This document shows, piece after piece, positions 22,926 through 33,635 of a stretch of DNA of 50,761 nt; the first letter of the stretch is position 1; each line of letters begins with the position of its first letter. The stretch is from Basidiobolus ranarum (Eukaryota): assembly GCA_040143965.1 (NCBI GenBank), contig JASJQH010000017.1, positions 1 through 50,761 of the forward strand, read 5' to 3'. The position numbers were made by a program, and so were the translations under genes. A model generated the notes under the pieces. The model was not told the origin of the DNA. It was given only the letters and a program-made list of their open reading frames with translations, and did not search any database.

Positions 22926-23387
22926 GTATATATATATATAGCAGCAATAGTTGCAGTTGGTAAGATTACAGTAATTTTGAGCTTAAGGTCGTTTGTTTAT
23001 ATTTACTGTATGACTGCTTAATACTTGCTACATATGTTGATTAAGCCGGTGGTTTTTTTCAGTTTCAGATTTAGTACTATAAATGGTGGTTATTTGAGAA
23101 AGTGAAAGATTGCCATGCGCCAGACACATACTGACTAAATGGAAAGACAGACCAATTACATCAGAATTATTCAAATAATTCCAGTTACAGACGATTCTCT
23201 ATGGAGAGTAGATTATCCATTTTGTTAGCGTAAAACCCAATCAAAAATTCTCAAATTTTCGAAGGAAAATTTTTCATGATTAAACTTGGACAAGTGAACT
23301 CAGATCCTTTGCACATCTTCGTTCGTATATTGCCCGCCCACTCCTCCTCAATATATATCACTACTTGTACGTATACACACCCATATC

Positions 23388-24243
23388 ATGTCTTTTACTT
23401 CTGAGGATAACGGAGAGGCTTTCCCTCAACAAAACTACGCTAGTAACGAATTCAACCAAGAATCTGTGAACGTCAATGACTTTCTTGGTAATATGGATGT
23501 CAACTCCAATAAGTTGCACCCCATTTCTGCCTTTGGAGGAGTTGAATATTTGTTCCTTGATGAACAAGGCTCGAATGTAAACGTTGGTCAAAAGCCTGTC
23601 GCTGGTGCCTTGCCTAGTAGAGGTTGGAGTGATGATCTGTGTTATGGTACCGGTACAAGTTACCTATTCGGTATGTAATCCTTGTTTATATATTCTATAG
23701 CGTGATTTCCCCTTCATATATTTATTCATTTTGTGTATTATCTAAAGGTCTTACCGCTGGCGGTGCATGGGGTCTCATGGAGGGTCTTAGAAAGCCCGAC
23801 GGTAACAGTTTCAAGTTACGTGTAAACTCCGTTCTTAACTCATGTACTCGACGTGGTCCTTTCGTTGGTAACTCTCTTGGAGTTATTGGTAAGACACTTA
23901 CATAGTTCTTTGCTTCCAACACCCTTACTAATCCACTTATTTATTAGCTATGATGTATAATACCTTCAACAGCTCTATGGGAGCTGCTCGTGGTAAGCAT
24001 GATATGTTCAATAGCATTGGTGCTGCCGCTATTTCTGGAGCTATTTTCAAATCAACAGGTTCGTAGACATATCTTTCATCCATGATTGTTTGAAAACTAA
24101 CTTGCGATATTTCTCTAGCCGGTTTCCGTGCGGCTGGTATCTCTGGAGGCATTTGTGCAGCTCTTGCTACTGCCTGGAACTTGGGACAGGAGGCTATTGA
24201 GAAGATTCCAGAATTCTTCAAGAGCGACCCACAGTACGCTTAA
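23388..24243 (+). CDS. TIM23: Mitochondrial inner-membrane translocase subunit Tim23, 4 exons
   Basis: The spliced product contains ALPSRGWSDDLCYGTGTSYLF|GLTAGGAWGLMEGL...LRVNSVLNSCTRRGPFVGNSLGVI|AMMYN...RGKHDMFNSIGAAAISGAIFKST|AGFRAAG. Confidence 0.95.
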
Positions 24244-24820
24244 GATGTCAATAAGATCTTTTTACCATGAATCTGTATACACAATTGCATTTTAATAAAC
24301 TCCTCATCTAATTTCGTTCTGTTAGAAGCATACAACTAGTGATTATGAATATCTTTCTACTCTTACACCTTAGCTACCATTCACTTCAACTCGTAATCAA
24401 TATGATCTAATACAGATGGGATGTGACTAGCTTAGTTGCAATCATTTCAAACAGAAAGTGAAACACCACAGCCGGATATATAGATTTGTGTCAATTCATC
24501 GCTTTACGGTTTCATGATCAATCTCAAATCGCTGTTGGGCAAAGTGAAACAGTGGCATTTCCTCAGTAATAAACCAATATATTAGCGCTTGGTTGGATTG
24601 CTTTTTAATTTCTTGGTCGAAACGGATAGTGACTTGGTATTTGGGCGGAGTCTTTTGTGAAGGTAATTCGAGGAGTACTCTTTATCAATAGTATTCTACT
24701 TTACACTAGATTTGTGGTAAAGCGGTTCTTGTTCTACGGACCTATGCTACAGAAGTCTTTCGAAGAAATCAGATTCGAGCGACCTTTCGATCTTGGTAAA
24801 GGTATCAGGATTTGGTCCGA

Positions 24821-26640
24821 ATGATAACCACAAGGACTCCTTCTCTAATAGGAAGTCCTAGGAAATTCTGTTTGAGAGTCTGGTTTACTTCGTGGTGTTT
24901 GACATGCTTGATTCTTGTATTGCTAAAACTGCCTATTACCTGTGGAAATAAAAGTAGTACGAGAAGCAAAGTCCGTCCGTTAGAAAGAGTGGACCTAATA
25001 GATGTGGATACTGTCGAATATGGCTTCGTATCTAATGCAACATGGGTACCACCTGAAGACTGGAAATTCACTGCCAATGCACTTTCTGCTTCGCAAAATA
25101 TGTTTGTTATTGAGGATTTCAAGTGCACTAATATAAACACCAAAGAAGATGTTTGTGCGAAAATTCGGAACGCCTACGACAATGCGGGCCAACGAATAAC
25201 CGCCGTACTTGATATTAAATCACCAATATCAGTTCAAGTCAACATAAGGTACATCTTTTCTTACTACCGCTCTTCTCCGTATTGATTTTAATGTTTCTAG
25301 ATCAGGAGATTCTGTGAATCTAAGTTGAGCCGACTGTGTAAATCAAATACATTGGGTCAGGCAAGTGCCGCCTCCTACTGGGCCATGGAGGGATTCGAAG
25401 AGAACTCCATAGATCCGAATTACATGTATCCCCAGGTATATGCATGTTAGATTTGAAGTTTATGGTTCGTTGCTAACTCTAAACAACTAGGCCTTAGTCA
25501 AGCAGCTTGGGGTTCAATTTGCCTTTTCTAAGTTTGATATAATCGCTGGTAAGTAAGGCTTGGACCTATTCTTTGCGTATATGTTACTCATCCGCAATAA
25601 TCTCAGAGCATAACTCGGATCGACGTAGTTCTGTCTGGTTTCAGGTAATAACAATCCACTAGTTGAGCTTTCGTGACCTATAGCACATCGATATTAAAGC
25701 ATGTTTGAACTTTCTTTAGGAAGACGGGCCAATCAAGTCCAACCAATATGAGTTCGAATATATAGGTATTTTCTGACTTAATTTACAAGCGTGGCCTACA
25801 ATTTTAACACTGTACATTTAGTACTTCACGAGCTGCTTCATGGTTTAGGTAAATCAACTACTGCCCCTCTCTAAACATCAAATAAACTAACAGCAACGGA
25901 TTCTAGGGTTTGCTTCTTCTTGGAATAAGTATGTTGATGGATTCAACATGATCACACCTCCACTAAAAGAGGACGAAAATGGCTCTGGAAAGCTAATGGG
26001 CTTTCGTAAATTGAACATTTTTGACAAATATTTGGTGACGGGAAAGGAGAATCTTCACTTGAGCAATTACGAAAAACTTATGATAGAATCAACAAATGCA
26101 ATGTCTTCTTTGCCAAAGTTAGAGTGGATGAAAGCATTTGGCCAAACCTCCGGTGGTCTCGCAGCTCAAACTTTATTCAGCTATGTAACAGTCTCTAACG
26201 GACTCATTTTCTCATTTCCAAATGAAGAGGTTGATTCTTGGTCCAATGAAACGGACTCTGAGAATGTCACTGGTAGTGCTATAGAAACAGGGCTTTCACT
26301 CTACAGCCCAGCCCCTTTTACGAGAGGTAGTAGTATTTCCCATTTCGATAGTGAAAAATACAAAGGAACTTCGGAATTTCTTATGCGACCCAGTGCTGAA
26401 ACCGGGGCACAATTAGATCGGCCCGAGCTAGGTTTAGTTGCGGGTGCGTTTGGCCCAGGGATTTTGAAAGTATTTAGAGCACTGGGGTACAAATTAAAAG
26501 AAGACCCGCAATTCGCCCCACGCTCAGCTCCTCAAGTCATTACTTCGGCGTGCCGAACACTGAGGAGTAATTTTTCATGGAAGTATAGTCTTATATTGGT
26601 TACCATTAATTTAAGTTTCACCTTTGTACGTAGTCCCTAA
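24821..26640 (+). CDS. Putative secreted or membrane-anchored HEXXH zinc metalloprotease-like protein, about 7 exons
   Basis: The N-terminal segment is hydrophobic. Spliced motifs include LGQASAASYW, YMYPQALVKQL, YEFEYI|VLHELLHGL|GFASSW, a distal LYSPAPFTRGSSISHFD and EFLMRP (possible Met-turn). The C-terminus is hydrophobic. Confidence 0.7.
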
Positions 26641-27484
26641 TACAAATCCAAAGCGAATAAATAAAATCATCGCCTCCGCTCATGTAAAACGTGTTAAAGC
26701 GCCACAGAGCGTCTGTATATCGGAAGACAAGTACAGAGTGGTATAGTATTTACTTGATGGTCAATTCCAACTACGCTATAGAACGGTGTAAGAGATACAC
26801 CGCAATTTGGAGACACACTAAAGTCGATATATATCAGTCCTCCAACATGATCTTCACACCAATACCATGCCAAAATGGTATTCTGGGTAGCACAGTATCA
26901 TCAGCTGACAACATCTCAATCAACGATGTGGTACAACTCAAATATAAACAGCTCAGCAGTCTCCATTTTTGTTTGTTCATTTGTTACGTAAAATCCTGGT
27001 AATCAAAGTGAAATTCAGTTCGTAACAACCCTTGATGAACGCCGAATGCTGAATGTTGAATGCTCCGTTCAGCTCCAGAAGAAGATTCTATGTATTTCAT
27101 GACAATTGGCAAACAAACCTTCCATGATCCCAGAGTTCAAGTGCAATAAGATGGCAAACAGGCATTTCATTGGACTTACGCCACACATTCACTATGTCCT
27201 AAAGAATCATTACCTGGCATTTTCTACTGTTTTATTGGCTACTATTTTTATCACACGTGACCGTTATAGCCAGCATAGTTGGTGTAGATTTATGGAGGGA
27301 GTTCATGTAGCAGTCAAGATCATTATTATTTCCAGAAGGGCTACACAATTATTATACTCCTCAGCCAGGAGTAATCATCCGTTGATTAACTATATTCTTT
27401 ACTATCTGCGGCTGCATAAAACCACATCTTTATTCATAACGATATTTCTGCTCTAAAAACCTCACAATACTATCACATATACTA

Positions 27485-29625
27485 ATGGATCTTGGCCTAT
27501 TCTATCAGACCTCTGGTGCGCTTGAGCTAATGAACGAACATCTGTTGAAAGGTATTTAAAATGGATATATTTCTGTGTTTTAATAATTATTGATCTTATT
27601 TTGGAATCTTTCTATCTTATAGAAGACTATGTTCCTCCAGTTCATGTCTCCTCAAAGGTAAGCGTTAGACTTTTAAAGTCACTTTGAGACTCCTTAATTG
27701 ACCTTTGTCTTATTTTTACAGATGGAGGTAACGACTGAGGATCTTCAGGAAGGAATTGATATGGTACATGAGCTTATTGTATTATTTTATCAAAGCGTCT
27801 CCTGAAAGTATATACTTTATAGCAAGGAATTTCTTGGGAATACTCACATTTTAACCGCGAAGCACTGCGCCGCGAAAGGTTAGTAGGAATAGATCTACTA
27901 TCCTATTGAACAGTATTTGTCTAATCACCATTTTTAGAATCGAAAAATACTACAATTATCGTAGCCTTTCTACGACACGAGAAAGCATTCTCAAGGTTTT
28001 TACTTTTGTTATAGTTCACTCTTTCGAAAGGTATTAATCGTTTTGAAATATATAGGAGTTGTCCCCCATGCGGACCGATGGAAACTTTCTTAAATTTAAT
28101 TACGCCTCTCTTCGAGATACATGCTCGATCACTCACTTTCAATTGAGAAATTTGTTGTGGGCAACTAGCAAAAACGACGTTTATTATACGTGTAAGATAC
28201 TGAACTAACATAGACATTCGTAATCATCATACTCGATATATAACTTCTATTCAATTTTAGCGGAATATGGGATTGAACACTGGTCTCCAATTTGCAAGAA
28301 CTCACAAACTGTCATTGACTTTAAAGGGCATTCAGATTTAATCAATTTTAAAGCAAGTAGCTTGGTTTGTAAAGAAAACCTTATACTCGTAGGAGGTGAT
28401 ATTTAAGACATAAACTTGAGGGGATTTCAGTTCTCTAACTTTTGATCCAGGCTTCAATGGGGAGATCCTTTGTAAAAATGTTAATAACGAGGATGGCTTT
28501 CGTTCTGGTGTAGTGACCCAGAATTTGAATGGAATCACTAATCACCTGGATATCTCGGAGTCACGTAGTGGAGGTTTGAATCATATCTCAGGGCTACGTA
28601 TCTCATCAATCTATATTTATGCCTGACTTTGTATAGCACTTCAAGCGATTATCTCCAGCAATGACTGCTGTGTGCGCATGATGGACTTGGAAACGTTTCA
28701 AATAACAAATACATTTGAATTCGAATGGCCTGTCAATGTAACAACACTGTTTTTAGACCATTGACTTTTATGGAATTCTAGCTTAACCTTTACCTATTGA
28801 ATAAGTGTGCCGTCTCGAGCCCTGATAGAAGATTACTCTCAGTCGTCGGTGATGATACTGATTGCTCAATTTTAAATGCTGAAACTGGGGAAGGTAAGTC
28901 ATCTTGTAATAATTTACTGATACATGGCATATTCATATTGACCACTGTTTAAGTCATCCACACGCTATCAGGACATGTCGATTATTCATTTGCCACCTGC
29001 TGGAGCCCTGACAGCCGAACACTAGCCACTGGAAATCAAGGTTTGTTCCCCTTTTCTAGGAAGAAGCAGGCATGTTATATCAAGCGCTAACTTGTGCCAT
29101 TCTTTCGCGTTTTTAGACATGACAGCAAGGTATGCAGTTGGGCCATTGAATCTTTAATGTATGCAATGATTAACAAATGTGAGTAGATTGTACGATACAA
29201 GATATTTTGCCAAGTCTTTTTCGCTTTTCCAGACACAGATGGCTGCGGTTAGATCATTACGATTCTCACCGGATGGTCGATTCTTGGTGGTCGCAGGTAT
29301 GGATACTATTGGTTCTCCACTGAAATATCCCGAAATACTCAATTAAGTAATACCTTAGAACCTGCGGATTTTATTCACATCCTGGATGCACATTCATTCG
29401 ATCGTTCTCAAGTGATAGACTTTTTCGGAGAGATAGCAGGCATTAGTTTCCCGGAGGGAGAATCGGACTCGTTGTTTGTCGGGGTGGTTGACGATGATAC
29501 TGGGTAAGATTCTGCAGTGGAATTGAAGCAAATATCTTGTCTAACATGAACCATTCAGATTCAACAGTTGTATCTTGGAATTCACAACGGACAGACTGAA
29601 TTCGTTGGCTCAACTCTGCGTATAG
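27485..29625 (+). CDS. WD40-repeat protein (DUF2415-type family), about 13 exons, absent from the ORF track
   Basis: Spliced segments are GIDM|QGISWE, SITHFQLRNLLWATSKNDVYY, VG|GFNGEILCK, GITNHLDI, ISSNDCCVR, WPVN|CAVSSPDRRLLSVVGDD, LSGHVDYSFATCWSPDSRTLATGNQ|DMTAR, AVRSLRFSPDGRFL, EPADFIHI and DFFGEIAGISF. Confidence 0.85.
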
Positions 29626-29816
29626 GAAGGAACAACTCTCATCAAGGTCCTGTATGCCAGGAAATGGTGGGAAAATCGAGGGAGTCGAGGCTGTGATATT
29701 AGAAGTGTACAAAATTATTTGATTTACATATTTTGTGTGGAACATTAGCGAATTGTTTATTAACATTGGTAATAAAGGTTGAATATTCGAGTGAATATTC
29801 CAAAATCCGGACCGAA

Positions 29817-30804
29817 TTAACTGAAATAAGCTAGAAATTCCTCTTCCTGGAGAATTCTACCGTAGCAAGTGGAGTCAATATTTTCACTCATGTTCATGAA
29901 AATCGAGAGATTCATGCTGCTCTCTAGTATGGGATGTCAATACACTGGGTGGTACCGATATGAATGATGCATGGATCTCTTACCTTGTGTAGAAATCGGT
30001 TCATATGTAGGAGGCGGTTTAATCCAACCAGATTCGGTCCTCTAAATCTCAATTAATCAATATGTGGATTGAATTACGAAAATCTCCAACTTACCATATG
30101 ACTACGGTCAGAAGCAAAGGTAGTGAGATAAACATCAGCTGGAATGACTCGATATTTTCTATTAAAATGGCTTAGTTGGGCTTGATAAGAGAGGAGAAAG
30201 TAACTAACAAACTGACCGCTGAAATATTTGCGGTAATGAAATCGTCGAAGGAATAGTATATTCACAATAATCCTTAAATGAACAAGGGAAAGGTAAAATT
30301 GTATCGAAATCATATACAGAGCTAAATAAATTGTGAAGAATGAGGTTGAGTTTAGCGAAGAATTCATGTGTTCTTGTCAAAGACCTTACCTTGGAGTCCC
30401 TTTCCATATCAAAATAACATGATAGTCCTTTATGATTACTGTATCATTAATCAAGTGTATGCAAAATGAGACTGATTTGGTCTTCGACTCACCCATACTA
30501 CTGGGTATCCAGTTTCTCCACTTGCTTGAGACCACAAGGGAATCTATCAAGAAATTCTCCATAAATGTTTGTAGATAAAGCGAAACTGGTATAGAATAAA
30601 CTTTGGGCTTGCCTTCTTTTCTTCGTTTGAAATGAATGTCACATATACATTATTTAAACTTCCTTCATTCTCCAATATGCGTTTACATAAAAGATATATA
30701 TTCTCTTCGCAGTAGCAACTTGTGTAAGTACAGATTTCTTTTGCAGGCTGATAAGCTGAAATGATAGACATATTGAATATGGAAATAAGGGAAGATGGTA
30801 TCAT
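29817..30804 (-). CDS. NTAQ1: Protein N-terminal glutamine amidohydrolase (WDYHV1), about 7 exons; start at 30804 or 30771
   Basis: Segments YTSCYCEENIYLLC, FISNEEKK|IPLWSQ, VVW|DYHVI, VYDFDTILPFPC, FASDRSHM and WIKPPPTYEPI are present, including the Cys-His-Asp triad motifs. Confidence 0.92.
30544..30612 (-). other. GC-AG intron, intron 1 of NTAQ1
   Basis: The junctions read AAG|GCAAGC...TTGATAG|ATT. This phase-0 donor gives the conserved ISNEEKK-IPLW junction, and unspliced read-through hits a stop. Confidence 0.75.
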
Positions 30805-31199
30805 TTAGATATTTTATGGGTGGTGAAAATCATCAATAAATCATGTTCACCATTGTATTACCTTCATTTGTAAAATACAAGTTATTTTGAAATGGTTAAA
30901 GTAGCTCATTTTATGGATACGATGTGTATTGTGTTGTGGTGAGGTTACCGCAATAACGCTTCTTTGATATAAATAAGCAGCCATCGAACTTTAAGTTCTT
31001 AGAAGGAACCTACACTACCAATGAAAAAAAGAACTGGTAGTGTTCGTCAAATACTCAATAACTAAAGATTGTTCAGCTTTATTGAGGATTAAGAAAAATC
31101 AGATAATAGTACTAATAACTTTACAAATAAGTAACACCAAGTGTTCACCTACTTCATTTTTTTTATATAATCATAAACATGTAATACAATTTCAAGGTA

Positions 31200-31805
31200 T
31201 TAGCGTTCTTCAGCCCATTCATTTTCTTTACGGATTTGTGCTTCTTCCTCTGGTGTAAAATCGTTAACAATATTGAAGGTCTTACGAATTTCCTCTGGGC
31301 TTTTCCCCTTGATAATATTCGCCACAGTTTTACATCCAACATCGCTGTAAATATGGATAGTATTAGAATGAATAATTAATTCTGAGAATAATATTTAGCT
31401 TAACTTACAGTAAAGGTTTGATATCAAGATAATTGGCGGCAAGAATAATTGCAAATAACATCTCTTGGTCTACATCAATGTATTTACGATCCCACTCATC
31501 AATATCATCACTACGTTTTGGTTCGTCGGTATCTTCTTTAACCACAACTGGGTCGTTACGATGATATTCACAATATTCAATAACCTAAAAAATAAGGATG
31601 TTAGTATTATGAAGTTTGAGCTTTCAATAGTCAAATATGGAATCTAACTTACCTTACGAAGAACATTTCCAGTAACATTAGGTAAAGGTATAGGCATATC
31701 ACTTTCTCCGACATCTTCTAACATATTTTTAATAAGCATAGAACGTTCAGCTACTTCCTTGTCCACTTGGAAGGTTTCCTCATCAGAACTTTTTAAAATG
31801 ACCAT
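31200..31805 (-). CDS. SKP1: SCF ubiquitin ligase subunit Skp1, 3 exons
   Basis: The spliced product reads [31 protein letters not shown]...[21 protein letters not shown]...[64 protein letters not shown]. Confidence 0.97.
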
Positions 31806-32220
31806 TCTATAGTAATAACTATACTGAAACAAGGAAAGAAGACTATAATTAACACCTCGTCTCCACCACAAACTTGATATCTAAATATGCGTGTGCACCC
31901 TGCCGTCATCAATGCCCCCAAAATCTTATTGGTGATTTAGATGGGAACAAAATATAGATTTAAATATATGCAAGAAACTGATTACAGTGTGTGTATTATT
32001 CCAGACTGAACGGACCCTACTAACAAGTTCAATTTAAGGTTAAGGAATAGGAATGGGAAAAGACGGGGGCGAACGGGATAGGACGGGACAGAATGTACTG
32101 TTACTGTGAATATTATTTTGATTTGGACTTGAAACCAAAAAATTTCCTTTAAATTGAATCGAATAAATAGAGTTGGACAAAGAAGTCAAGAAGTAACTTT
32201 ACCAAGTAGTTGAAATATCC

Positions 32221-33405
32221 ATGAGAACACCAAATTTTCGATATTTCGTGGGAAGTAGTTGGTTACCTAAGGTACCAAGAACCATAAAGAATGCTCAAGT
32301 TCCGGGAGTACCCAAACTTGCCATTAATTTGACCGAAAAAATTCAATTACCTGGCAAGGTAGATGCTGGTGAAGACGCGCTTTTTGAATCTCTAACAGCA
32401 ACACGTGCAGTTCTAGGTAACTCAAACACTTTCACCAATTTTCTTCTAAAAAAACCTCTCATGACAATGTTTAACAACCAACCCATTTATTCAAGGTGTT
32501 GCTGACGGTGTTGGTGGTTGGGCTGAGGTTAGTCCTTTTTGAATAGATGTTTTCCTTTAATTATATCTTAAATAACTTGGAAAAGTCAGGTGTAGATCCG
32601 GCTGTATTCTCTTGGACACTCATGAATAACTGTAGTGAAATAGCAGAGTTAAAGCAAAACGCTTCACTTCACCCAGGAGACATTTTATCTCAGGCATATA
32701 AAAAATTGCTCGAGGAAGGGAAGGTGGATGCAGGTAATCATTCGATCCTTTCCAGAATTCCCTCCAATGGAATCTCTAACAAAGCGTTGAATATTTCAGG
32801 GAGTAGTACAGCTTGCCTCTTAGGACTTTCTAAAGCCACAGGTAATATGGAATCGGCCAATCTTGGTGATTCTTCGTATTTAATCATTCGTGATGAGCAA
32901 GTACTATATCGCTCGAAAGAACAACAGCATTATTTTAATTGCCCATATCAGCTCACTGTACTCCCCAAAGATCACCCGAATCGCGATAATTACTGTCTAG
33001 ATGAACCATCACAAGCATTCCGTGGCTCACATCAACTCGAGGATAATGATATCGTGATCCTAGGAACCGATGGGTACTTTGATAATGTCTTCGATAGGGA
33101 CACCATATCCATCATGAAATTGATCAAGAACGAACTGAAAGGATTTAATGAAAATTCTGAAGATCAAGGAACGCTGAATGGTGTACAAAAGATGGCTGAA
33201 ACTCTAACTTTTGTCGCTAAACGATTGGCCATGGATAGAAGAAGAATATCGCCCTGGGCTAGAGGCGCTCGTGCGGCAGGAGCCCACAATGAGATCGGAG
33301 GGTAAGTAGAGGTGTGATCTTTTCTTCTTGTTCTTCTTTTAATATCTTCTTGGTAGGAAACTCGACGACATCACAGTTATGGTCACTTTAGTTCGTGGGA
33401 ATTAA
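32221..33405 (+). CDS. PTC7: PP2C-family protein phosphatase Ptc7 homolog, 5 exons
   Basis: Motifs DAGEDA, L|GVADGVGGWAE, GVDPAVFS, A|GSSTAC, ANLGDS, EQQHYFNCPYQL, GTDGYFDNVF and GG|KLDDITV are all present. Confidence 0.92.
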
Positions 33406-33462
33406 GATCCAAGCATGTAGAATAGATTCATTTCAAACTCAAACGAACACTGCATACACTCA

Positions 33463-33534
33463 TTATTAATGGTCATGGAGTGCACTTTAGAAGGTTGTTA
33501 TTAATGGTCATGGAGCGCACTCCAGAAGGTTGTT
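33463..33534. repeat. 35-bp tandem duplication with 3 mismatches, between convergent 3' ends
   Basis: The copies read ttattaatggtcatggagtgcactttagaaggttg and ttattaatggtcatggagcgcactccagaaggttg. Confidence 0.9.
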
Positions 33535-33635
33535 CCAAGCAAACTTACACATCGTTAAATAAATACACCTCGATTGAACGGAAGATGAATTGATTTACTA
33601 GAAGGCACAGTCAATTGCAAGTAAATATAAGGAGT

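Noticed and set aside
26691-27456. Two ORFs of 103 and 116 aa between the protease and WD40 genes
   Set aside because: They have non-ATG starts, random-looking composition and no consistent splice model. I could not support a gene or transposon relic.
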